A stretch of DNA of 64,000 nucleotides from Alphaproteobacteria bacterium. GTDB taxonomy: Bacteria; Pseudomonadota; Alphaproteobacteria; UBA9219. The position numbers and the translations under genes were made by a program. Shown piece by piece: positions 17,379-25,284 of this stretch. The notes beneath the pieces are model-generated. The model saw only the letters and a program-made list of their open reading frames with translations. It had not been told where the DNA came from and searched no databases. Position 1 is the stretch's first letter. The number at the start of each line of letters is the position of its first letter. The stretch is from assembly GCA_013289265.1 (NCBI GenBank), contig JABDAH010000007.1:1745-65744 (forward strand), in the 5' to 3' direction.

Positions 17379-18938
17379 TTAGTGAATGTAAGTTGTGCCA
17401 TAACCTCCGGGAGCTGTTCCCGGCATGGTTGAATAAGGTGAGACCGTATTGGATTGCGGATTGGCATAGTTAGGATAAGGAACATTTGGCGTTTGGGGTG
17501 CGCCGTAGCCAGCTACATTGGTGCCCGGATAAGCGCCCGCCAGATAAGGGTTAGCTGCGCCTGTCGCACCCATTCCTAAACCGGGATAGCTTCCCAATCC
17601 AGGAGCAGCGCCGTAAGGATAGGCCTGCTGCTGTTGCTGCTGGATTTGCTGAACGGTTTGATCAACCACAGACGTCGTGAAAAACAGGCCCATTGGTGTG
17701 CTGGCGGCAACACGTACCAAAGGTTTGGTCTGGTTAGCCTGATTCTGGAAGAACTGGCTCATCGTTTGCGCGCCCTGACCTAAACCTTGAAACAGGCCTT
17801 GACGATAACCTTCCTGGGATTGCGAAATAATGGTCGCTTGTCCATTCGTCGTCGTTGTGGAATTACCCGTTCCCAATGCTTGGCCAAAGCCTTGAAGGAA
17901 ACCAGCGGCTGCCGGAAGAATGACACGCGTCAGATAACGCTGGTCAACCTCGGTTGCCATACCGCCCAAAGTCGTATCAGGGTTAAGCGCGATAGCATTG
18001 ATGGGGTAATCCTTGCCCTTGAAGTGCACCAGCGTGAATTGCAGGACGAGGTAATCGGCATAACCGTTTGCGACCTGGAACTGCCCCACTGCGCGCGCGC
18101 CTGAAAAAGGGCCAGACACGATCTGCGCCAGAATAGGGCCCGGCACATCCGAATTCGCTTCGGTCAAAAGCTGCGCATAGCTAACGGTACCCGCAGGCAG
18201 AAGAACTTTTGCAGGTTCCTGCGCAGCCGCACCATTTGCGCCGGAAGCAGTTGAGCCATCTGCCGATGCGCCGGCACGTTTCTCCGCGGCCGCTTTCAGA
18301 TCTTCAGGCTTGGTGACGATTACTGATTTCACGCCTGCAGGGGTCCAGCCATCAATAAGTTGGGACATCTGGCGTTGCATCGCCATGGCAAGCGTATCAT
18401 CAAACTGTTCCGCCTGCGCTGCGCGGGCGGGGGCCTGTTGAATCAACTGTTGTTGCTGGATTTGCTGCTTCTGGGTTTGCTGCTGATCCTGCTTCAGATG
18501 TTCGATTTCTGCCTTCAGTTCGTTAAGCGGATCGCCTTTTTTCGCATCGCCATTCAGAGCATTCATGTCGGTGCTTTGGCCGATAGGCGTCGGCAAGGCG
18601 CTGCCGCCTGTTTGCATCGCCTGATTTTCACGGTCGCGGTTAGCCATGTCGGTTTGCTGCTGCATATAAGGTGATGCAGGGCCGCCCGGCGCGCCGTTAA
18701 TGGTCGGCGGGTTAACAAGGCGCGATGTATTTTTCGATGCCGAACTGCCGCCAAAGAAACTCATCCCCGCAGCGACAATTGCAGCCACCGCTGTCATCAG
18801 CACAACTAGTTTGAATAGGGGGCGCGAACGCCAGGCTTCCGCCAGATTGGCGCGGGCACCCGGTGGCTGATGCGTTAATTCTTCGGACTGATTAAAATCC
18901 TGCTGATCAAAATCATCGTTATTTGTCATGATCATCAT
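17379..18938 (-). CDS. icmE: IcmE/DotG-like T4BSS core protein (VirB10/TrbI-like C-terminal domain)
   Basis: ORF track 17379..18971. The start is ambiguous, with ATGs at residues 12, 13 and 15 inside the icmK 3' end. It has a TM (LFKLVVLMTAVAAIVAAGMSFF), Q-rich coiled coil, LLPAGTVSYAQLLTEANSDVPGPILAQIVSGPFSGARAVGQFQV...INAIALNPDT..GMATEVDQRY, then a Q/Y/P/G-rich tail. Confidence 0.8.
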   Translation of the reverse strand: MMIMTNNDDFDQQDFNQSEELTHQPPGARANLAEAWRSRPLFKLVVLMTAVAAIVAAGMSFFGGSSASKNTSRLVNPPTINGAPGGPASPYMQQQTDMANRDRENQAMQTGGSALPTPIGQSTDMNALNGDAKKGDPLNELKAEIEHLKQDQQQTQKQQIQQQQLIQQAPARAAQAEQFDDTLAMAMQRQMSQLIDGWTPAGVKSVIVTKPEDLKAAAEKRAGASADGSTASGANGAAAQEPAKVLLPAGTVSYAQLLTEANSDVPGPILAQIVSGPFSGARAVGQFQVANGYADYLVLQFTLVHFKGKDYPINAIALNPDTTLGGMATEVDQRYLTRVILPAAAGFLQGFGQALGTGNSTTTTNGQATIISQSQEGYRQGLFQGLGQGAQTMSQFFQNQANQTKPLVRVAASTPMGLFFTTSVVDQTVQQIQQQQQQAYPYGAAPGLGSYPGLGMGATGAANPYLAGAYPGTNVAGYGAPQTPNVPYPNYANPQSNTVSPYSTMPGTAPGGYGTTYIH

Positions 18939-20094
18939 CCCGCAGCAGCTGCGCCCGAACCATGGCGCCATTATCAGACATCAAAAGTACCGGCGCATCG
19001 CCGATATCATAAACATTCGTGCCATCGCCGGACGACACGCTGGAATTCCACGATGGCGACAGCAAGGTCAAAGGCGTGCGCACCATAACACGGTCGCCGA
19101 TCATCCAGGCTTTGGTACGTGCATCGACGCCGCTAACTTTCATTTGCTTGGCTCCACTCGGCGGCGCGTTTTCCAGAACCAGCATCATGCTTTCGCTGCC
19201 TGCTTCGAGGCGCGGATTTTGTATGAGCGGCGCTTTCGCGCCCGGTCCCATTTTACCGATGCGGGCATCGTAACGCAGATCAACATTGGGGCCACCCGCA
19301 GACAGCCGGAAAATAACCGGTGTCGGCAGATCTTTCAGAAGCACGGAGAGATTGCCATTACCAACGCGGCTTAAAGGCATGATGCGAACGACATGCGAAC
19401 CGGAAGATGTGGGAGAAACTTCAAAATTACCGCCCACACCTACATCGAGGATAGGCCAAGGCTCGCCAGTAGCATCGACCATATTGACGGTCGTGACATA
19501 ACCAGCGGCCAGATTAAGTTGCGGCGGCGTAACGCCGGGATCCAGCGACAAGGTCGCGATCCGCACTTCGCCCTTGGGCGTGCCACTTGAAGGCGACTGC
19601 GATGCATCCTGCGTCTGTTCCAGTTTATGCATGAATTCGTGGATCTGGTCCGGCGAAAGCGGCAGCAATCCTGCGGAAGCACGGCCATAGGATTTTTCGT
19701 TATGCTCCAGTTCCCGACGATGCTGATCTTGCTCTATCTGCGCTTGCGCCTGCATGGCAGCTTGCTCAGCTTGTACCGATAGCTGGTTCGGGTCATTGCT
19801 GAAAGCGGTCGCTGGTGGCGGCACGGGAAGTTTGATACCCGCCGTCGCATCGGAAGTAATAGAAGATGTCGCCGGTTGCACGATTTGCGGCGGTGCGGCT
19901 TGCGGCGTGATGGCGCCATTACCGCTTGGCGAAGCAGTAGTTGTCGTTGCCACAGGCATTGCGTAAGGATTAGCCGCCGCATTCGCCGGAGCCGATTGCT
20001 GGGCAAAACCTGCGTGCGGCACAAGAAGGGCAGCACCCAACATGCCTGCCTGCAGCAAGAAACGGGTTTTTAAATGGATCGCACTTTCTTTCAA
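18919..20094 (-). CDS. icmK: IcmK/DotH-like periplasmic/outer-membrane T4BSS core protein
   Basis: ORF track, 391 aa (TTG start). Signal peptide ..LLVPHAGFA|QQ, an A/P/T-rich linker, LLPLSPDQIHEFMHKLE, and a beta-rich C-half: LNLAAGYVTTVNMVDATGEPWPILDVGVGGNFEV..NLSVLLKDLPTPVIFRL. Confidence 0.8.
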   Translation of the reverse strand: MKESAIHLKTRFLLQAGMLGAALLVPHAGFAQQSAPANAAANPYAMPVATTTTASPSGNGAITPQAAPPQIVQPATSSITSDATAGIKLPVPPPATAFSNDPNQLSVQAEQAAMQAQAQIEQDQHRRELEHNEKSYGRASAGLLPLSPDQIHEFMHKLEQTQDASQSPSSGTPKGEVRIATLSLDPGVTPPQLNLAAGYVTTVNMVDATGEPWPILDVGVGGNFEVSPTSSGSHVVRIMPLSRVGNGNLSVLLKDLPTPVIFRLSAGGPNVDLRYDARIGKMGPGAKAPLIQNPRLEAGSESMMLVLENAPPSGAKQMKVSGVDARTKAWMIGDRVMVRTPLTLLSPSWNSSVSSGDGTNVYDIGDAPVLLMSDNGAMVRAQLLRDDDHDK

Positions 20095-20252
20095 AACACT
20101 TTACCTCGAATAAGGAGCTTTAAATTGAACAAGTCTCGAATCAGCCCGCCCGGTCCCCCAACCTACCTCTTTCAGCAAATCTAGGTTAACAGCAAGTTTA
20201 CATATAACCAACTTCACAGCAAAGCACAGCCTCAAAGAAAGCCCTTCGGCTT

Positions 20253-20987
20253 TTAATTATTTATTGTCCAGGTATCAATGCCGATGCCGGAGGGGTTTTG
20301 TTCCGGTTTTACGCGGATAATCGTCAAATCGATGACCGCTTTTTCGTGCCGGTTGACATTATTATTGGTGGCATAGGTCATAATGACGGGCATTTGCACC
20401 CGCCATTGGTAAATCTGCTTTTCGTTAACACCTTGCATTACAATCACGGGTGTATTCGAGGGTACCGTCGTCAAAACCAGCTGGCTGTTCTTAAACGCCT
20501 CGCCGATTTTCTGCCGATCAAAGGCTTTGGCAAAGGCGTCCCAGCCTTCCGGCGTAAAGCGGGGGCGCTGGGCTTTTAACTTCTGCTCGTAATCACCGAA
20601 ACCGACCGTCATGATTTCCGTCACACTGGTGGTGGCCCAGGACAAAATCGCGCGGTTGGTCATATTCGGCATCGTCAAAGGCACCAGCTGTACCAATTCG
20701 CTTTTATTGTTTCTCAAATAATATTGATAAACCGGCGCAGCAAATGGTGACGCCAGTAACAGCAGGAACGACAAAATCGCTATTGCTATTGACTGACTGG
20801 TTACGCGTCGCACAAGCCTTTGATGCTTTAAGCTTTCAGCTTGCTCATCCAGCACGCTGTCCACCAGCACCGGATCTTGCAGAAATGAAAAATACGATTG
20901 GGTAGAGCTCACCAAAGGCGGTGACTTTTTTTTCGCAGAGTTCGATGCCTTAGCAGCGGCATTTGAAGATGAAGGCTTGGCTATCAT
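20253..20987 (-). CDS. Second IcmL/DotI-family protein (full-length tandem paralogue)
   Basis: ORF track 20253..21146. I start it at the internal ATG (residue 54, MIAKPSS), which overlaps the icmL stop as ATGA. It has a TM (IAIAILSFLLLLASPF) and a periplasmic domain alignable to icmL (RFTPEGWDAFAKAF..LVLTTVPS..IIRVKPEQNPSGIGIDTW against NFTPTGWESFTKAL..LVVTTEIN..IVRVSTLQNPDGISIEQW). Confidence 0.75.
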   Translation of the reverse strand: MIAKPSSSNAAAKASNSAKKKSPPLVSSTQSYFSFLQDPVLVDSVLDEQAESLKHQRLVRRVTSQSIAIAILSFLLLLASPFAAPVYQYYLRNNKSELVQLVPLTMPNMTNRAILSWATTSVTEIMTVGFGDYEQKLKAQRPRFTPEGWDAFAKAFDRQKIGEAFKNSQLVLTTVPSNTPVIVMQGVNEKQIYQWRVQMPVIMTYATNNNVNRHEKAVIDLTIIRVKPEQNPSGIGIDTWTINN

Positions 20988-21622
20988 TTGCCGTTCGGGT
21001 TCAAGGCAACCCACTGCTCGATGCTGATGCCGTCCGGATTTTGCAATGTTGAAACACGAACAATGCGCAAGAACAGATTTGTCATGATCGGTTGCGGAGC
21101 TTCGTTGCCATCGAAACGAATGGTGATGGGGAATTTGAGATCCCATGTGTAGATGCCGTTGCGAACATCGGCATTGGTGATTTCCGGCGCCGAATTAATT
21201 TCAGTTGTTACAACCAGTTTGCGCGCTTCAATCGCTTCGATGATCTTGGAATCTTTCAGGGCCTTGGTGAAGCTTTCCCAGCCTGTCGGCGTGAAATTAA
21301 CGGAGACCTGCTGCAAACGTTCGCGGTAATCCTTGTAATCAAACCGCATGACATTTTGCGCTGTGGCCGCAGCCCAGGCGACAACTTCCGCCTGACTGCG
21401 ATAGGGCTCGTTCATCGGTACGATATTGATAATGCGGCCATCAGCAGTGGTTGCGAAATAAACCTGCCGCGTCTGCATCGTCAAAAGCAGGCTGACGAGA
21501 CCTGCAATCAAAAGCGCAATGACAATGGCCTGAATAATACTGACGCGCAGAAGCAGGCGATAACCATCGCGGTAAAAAGCGTTGCGGTTAAGAACCGTTG
21601 CGACTGCATCCTTTAAAGCCAT
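20984..21622 (-). CDS. icmL: IcmL/DotI (TraM-like) inner-membrane T4BSS protein
   Basis: ORF track, 212 aa. RBS AGGAAG. Sequence includes VLNRNAFYRDGYRLLLRV, a TM, QVYFATTADGRIINIVPMNEP and NFTPTGWESF. It closely resembles the Legionella IcmL strings I recall (NEFYRDNYR, ATTADGRII). Confidence 0.88.
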   Translation of the reverse strand: MALKDAVATVLNRNAFYRDGYRLLLRVSIIQAIVIALLIAGLVSLLLTMQTRQVYFATTADGRIINIVPMNEPYRSQAEVVAWAAATAQNVMRFDYKDYRERLQQVSVNFTPTGWESFTKALKDSKIIEAIEARKLVVTTEINSAPEITNADVRNGIYTWDLKFPITIRFDGNEAPQPIMTNLFLRIVRVSTLQNPDGISIEQWVALNPNGK

Positions 21623-21637
21623 GAATACTTCCTTTGA

Positions 21638-22111
21638 CTAAACCGGTACGTGGAGTTCCGGCAATGCACTGGCCGATTCATATTCTGATGATCCCTTGCA
21701 GCTTGGGCAAATACGGTTTTGCCGTCCCGCTGATTCAAACTTGTTGAGACACATAAGGCAAATGCGCGGCGATGTCGTAACGACAGTATCCGTAGCTTCC
21801 CGCGTAACACGGTTTGGCATACGTTGCGGCATAAAAGGCGATTCACGATTCTCCGTCTGACGGCGACCGGGCTTACGGCCCGGGGCCGAGCGTCGCGGCA
21901 AACCCAGCCTTGCGGCGCGCGTCATAATCGCCGGAATTGAACGGTTGAGCGCTTCGGCGATCATTTGCGGTGTATTATTTTGCAGCCACATATCGCGCAG
22001 GATTTTATCCTGATCCTGCCAGCTTGGCCCCAAGGCTAGCCCTCCGCCGGTCCCTGTTGCGGTGGCAGTGGCCTCGGCTTCATCCTGGGGCAATAAGTCC
22101 GATGAACTCAC
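21638..22111 (-). CDS. GcrA-like HTH protein with a C-terminal Cys4 zinc ribbon
   Basis: ORF track, 157 aa (GTG start, GGAG upstream). WQDQDKILRDMWLQNNTPQMIAEALNRSIPAIMTRAARLGLPRR matches the GcrA N-terminal pattern (W..e....L..lW....s..qIA..L.....rnAv.gk..RLGL..R). The C-terminus reads RICLMCLNKF..RICPSCK. Its stop lies 15 nt upstream of the icmL start. Confidence 0.65.
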   Translation of the reverse strand: MSSSDLLPQDEAEATATATGTGGGLALGPSWQDQDKILRDMWLQNNTPQMIAEALNRSIPAIMTRAARLGLPRRSAPGRKPGRRQTENRESPFMPQRMPNRVTREATDTVVTTSPRICLMCLNKFESAGRQNRICPSCKGSSEYESASALPELHVPV

Positions 22112-22413
22112 TTCTTGTGACTCCTGAATGTTTTTTTCTTAACACGCTCAATTATGCAACTAATTCTACTTGATAGCCGGCCAATGAAGGACAAACCCTT
22201 CAAAGGCTTGTGAAACTAATTCCCTTAAGCAGTTAGCCCTGAAATCCTCAAACTTTTCTTAACATTTTTAGAAAGTTTGTAGGCATTTTTGACTTAAGCC
22301 ACAAAATCAGAGAATAATTATTCAAAATCAAATAGATAGATATTTTTATTTTATAATTATTTCTTTTTGAGAACAATAATGAGAATCATTTGCATAACTG
22401 GGCGGGACAAATT
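22112..22413. promoter_or_regulatory. AT-rich divergent control region between the icm operon and the 22414..25602 operon
   Basis: About 300 nt without ORFs, visibly AT-rich (e.g. ATAGATAGATATTTTTATTTTATAATTATTTCTTTTT). An 11-bp direct repeat TTTTCTTAACA occurs at ~22134 and ~22254. CTTAAG palindromes occur at ~22224 and ~22282. Confidence 0.6.
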
Positions 22414-22872
22414 ATGGTGGTGACGTTTTCACCTCCAAATGATGCCGCCATGTCACTTACCTCGCCACCCTCTCTTCAAATCAATCCGGCGAATAACAAG
22501 CGTTTTGCCCGGCTAATGTTGAAGAATATCTCGCCCGAAGTTCGGCGAGCAGTGGAAGCTCTCTGGGAAAATTATGAAGCACTTGACCTCATCGTAATAA
22601 CGACATCGGAGGCTGCCGCTGACGACCTTCTCGCCGCCATGCCAGTGATCGAAGGTGTGGAAGATGAAATCCGGCAAATGGTCACAGAGCTTGTTGATGA
22701 CCTGCGCACCAACTTTAAAGACGCCGCCGATATGCCGCTGCGCCTGCGCTTTGCCTATCAGAATGAAGATGAATTGATCGACCAGGTCCTGCCGCGCTCC
22801 GCAGCAAGGCTCGTTGTTATGCCGATTGACCAAGATATCAGCCTTCACACCAACATTAAGGAAGACAACTGA
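22414..22872 (+). CDS. Hypothetical acidic protein (152 aa)
   Basis: ORF track 22390..22872 (TTG). The internal ATG at residue 9 has GGGA upstream. The protein is Asp/Glu-rich and looks helical. Its stop overlaps the next start (TGATG). No recognisable family. Confidence 0.55.
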   Translation: MVVTFSPPNDAAMSLTSPPSLQINPANNKRFARLMLKNISPEVRRAVEALWENYEALDLIVITTSEAAADDLLAAMPVIEGVEDEIRQMVTELVDDLRTNFKDAADMPLRLRFAYQNEDELIDQVLPRSAARLVVMPIDQDISLHTNIKEDN

Positions 22873-25250
22873 TGCCCAGCACGAACTCGATGACCGCTTT
22901 TGATGCGGATAATTTTGCGGCGGCGCAACAGGCCAATCGCATCATGCTGGTCGCTGAAATTCCGTCGCAGGCCGATATCGAAGAAGCACAACGGGATGCT
23001 CATAACGCTGGCAATGATGGCTTCGATGAAGCAGGGTTGGAAACTTACAAGCAAACAACGAGTAATATTCTAGCGCATCTAAAAAGCATCAATCAGGCGA
23101 TTGCAGATTCTTACCAATCCTTCGAAGTCGGCGCGACTATTACCAACCTGCTGAACTCTACCCGGTCCATGCTGCAAAGCGTCACTCACTATGGCAGCAA
23201 AGTTAGAGATAATAACTCTAGAGAAACGCGCACATTGCGCCAAAGCGCAAACCTGTATGAACAGCAACTGGTAAGAGCCAGCAACAACGCAAGCCTCTCG
23301 CAAAGCACACGCATGGCTTTGCGCGCCAGCCTGCAACAACTGCGCAAAACCAATGTCAGCGGTCCCAATATCCGCGCGGCTATGGTTAATAAAGCGACAC
23401 CACGCGCTTCTATTACAGCACCAACATTAAAGGTAACGGCAAGGACGGTGAATAGCTCTCAACCAGCAGCACCTCAACAAACAGCAAAAGCCACACCTGC
23501 AACAAAGAATATCGCTTCAATACTCGCCGATAAACCTGTAACGCGCACGATAACGGGCATAACTCCAACAATACCTGCCACTGCAATTACCGGAAAAACA
23601 GGCGCCGCCACGACCAGCAAGACCCCTTCTGCGTCAGTTCCTATTCAGGCCGCAAAAGCAGGCGCCTCCATCAGCTTCCTTACTCCCACTACAAAAGAAA
23701 CACGCTCTACTCTCAATGGTTCACCCCTAACACGAGAGACGGGTAAGTTTGCGGCACTTAAATCGGAATTCCCTAAGGCCGTAGATAAATCCACTGCAAC
23801 AGCGACTTCCTTGGCAAAAGCTGAGGCTAAAACACCCACACCCCCAACTGCTGCCAATACCGAAAAAGCAACTACCTCAATAGCCGATTCCAAATCAGCA
23901 CCAAAAGGAACCGCTACTGCTGCAGCCAATGTGGTAGCGGCCAATACAACGACAACACCCGCAACCCAAACTACTACAGCTGCTGTTGTGGCTTCCCTCA
24001 CTGCCGCCGATAAAAGCATCACGACACCTGCTGCGCAAAAACCCGCAATGACTACAGGGCAAGCTGTTGCTGATGTCACCGTCAACCTTACTGCAACAAA
24101 AGCAACAACAGCATCCACAGCGGCTAACCCAGCAACTGTTGTTATGTCAGATGCCAAGGTTATGCCTGTAACCGCACCTATCGCTGCCATTTCAGAAAAA
24201 GCTGCACCGCCTGTCAGCCAACCCGTTTTGGTTGATGTCACTAAAGTAGCCGTCAGCACTGCTGGCGAAAAAAAATCTGCGCCCGTTCAGACAGCCGAAC
24301 GTCCAAGCACTCCAAACATAACCACAATAGATTCAACAAAAATAGGCTCAGCACCAGTAGCCGCTCCTGCGGTTGCAAATCCTACCGTCGTTACCGCTGC
24401 TGCAACCAATCAAGCACTACCTATTGTCTCCACTGACACATCTTCGGATCTGGCCGTTACTCCGGCAAAGGTAGCAACAACTCCTGAGCTAACGACTGTA
24501 AGTTATACAGACGCAGGGAAGCCCGTAGCTCTAACAACGGGAGACACGGCCCCGCCAGTTGTAACAACCAGCGCCCCTCTTATCACAGCCAATCCACTGC
24601 CCGCTGTAGATGGTACAAATGTCGCTCTTCCAACATATACACCGACGCCGCCTGTTGTTGGCCCCCATCCCACCAACGAAACACCTGCACCTTTTGTACC
24701 ATCTACGCCACCAATCACGCCGCAAGTAATCGATAGAGCTCCGGATCCTGTTGTGCTCCCCGCCCCTTCCGTGCCGCTGCAAACTATCGAACAACCCAAG
24801 GCGCTAGAGACCAATAATCCGCCACCAAATCTGCGCGTAGATCCCGAACCCCAACTACCCGTCGCTTCACATGATTCAAATGACTCCAGACAGCCAAACT
24901 TGCTTACAAACCACGAACAGCAGCTTGAGCAGCGTCAAGCCTCCGATACAAAAATGGATTTCCGGGAAACTCGGCAGGACCTCGTGCGGAATGATGTTGG
25001 TCGTTTTGAAGAAGTCAAAACTACAGCCAGCGAGTCACTCCCCGTTGAAGTGCGCCTTGAGAATATCAACTCGGAAATCAAGGCGTTCAAAGCGCTGCAT
25101 GGAGACGATTACAAAAACGTCGAAGGCTACAAAGACCTTATTCAAAAGCGCGAAGAAGTTTTGGACGAAAAGAAGAAAAAGGGAAACGGAGAAGCAGTAC
25201 GTCCTCCTTGTGCCGGTAATTGCAATAAATGTTTAACGCCAACTTGCTGA
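22872..25250 (+). CDS. Large Thr/Ala/Pro-rich low-complexity protein with a helical N-domain and a C-terminal Cys4 motif
   Basis: ORF track, 792 aa. No TM or signal peptide evident. About 470 central residues are T/A/P/V-rich. The C-terminus reads ...KREEVLDEKKKKGNGEAVRPPCAGNCNKCLTPTC. Confidence 0.7.
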   Translation: MPSTNSMTAFDADNFAAAQQANRIMLVAEIPSQADIEEAQRDAHNAGNDGFDEAGLETYKQTTSNILAHLKSINQAIADSYQSFEVGATITNLLNSTRSMLQSVTHYGSKVRDNNSRETRTLRQSANLYEQQLVRASNNASLSQSTRMALRASLQQLRKTNVSGPNIRAAMVNKATPRASITAPTLKVTARTVNSSQPAAPQQTAKATPATKNIASILADKPVTRTITGITPTIPATAITGKTGAATTSKTPSASVPIQAAKAGASISFLTPTTKETRSTLNGSPLTRETGKFAALKSEFPKAVDKSTATATSLAKAEAKTPTPPTAANTEKATTSIADSKSAPKGTATAAANVVAANTTTTPATQTTTAAVVASLTAADKSITTPAAQKPAMTTGQAVADVTVNLTATKATTASTAANPATVVMSDAKVMPVTAPIAAISEKAAPPVSQPVLVDVTKVAVSTAGEKKSAPVQTAERPSTPNITTIDSTKIGSAPVAAPAVANPTVVTAAATNQALPIVSTDTSSDLAVTPAKVATTPELTTVSYTDAGKPVALTTGDTAPPVVTTSAPLITANPLPAVDGTNVALPTYTPTPPVVGPHPTNETPAPFVPSTPPITPQVIDRAPDPVVLPAPSVPLQTIEQPKALETNNPPPNLRVDPEPQLPVASHDSNDSRQPNLLTNHEQQLEQRQASDTKMDFRETRQDLVRNDVGRFEEVKTTASESLPVEVRLENINSEIKAFKALHGDDYKNVEGYKDLIQKREEVLDEKKKKGNGEAVRPPCAGNCNKCLTPTC

Positions 25251-25284
25251 TTATCAATTGGCCCAAAAACAAGGGGATATTGTA

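Larger units (their letters stand above)
13728..22111 (-). other. Dot/Icm-type (type IVB, MPF-I) secretion gene block, partial system
   Basis: Nine co-oriented ORFs: GcrA-like, icmL, icmL-like, icmK, icmE, icmG, icmC, icmD, icmJ. The order is collinear with Legionella icm region II and IncI traM-traT. See the individual CDS entries. Confidence 0.85.

Noticed and set aside
20236-20253. Short hairpin AAAGCC-CTTC-GGCTTT abutting the stop of the second icmL-like gene
   Set aside because: The stem is only 6 bp and the minus-strand downstream U-tract is interrupted (CUUUCUUUG). At most it is a weak attenuator, which is not enough evidence to annotate.
22112-22413. CtrA box (TTAA-N7-TTAA) or other known alphaproteobacterial regulator sites in the icm control region
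   Set aside because: Only half-sites (TTAAC, CTTAAG) are present. No correctly spaced full CtrA box was found by eye.
25130-25250. Dot/Icm E-block-type C-terminal translocation signal in the 792-aa protein
   Set aside because: The Glu-rich patch (REEVLDEKKKK) lies about 27-32 residues from the C-terminus rather than the ~10-17 usually cited, and the extreme C-terminus is Cys-rich. It is suggestive at best.
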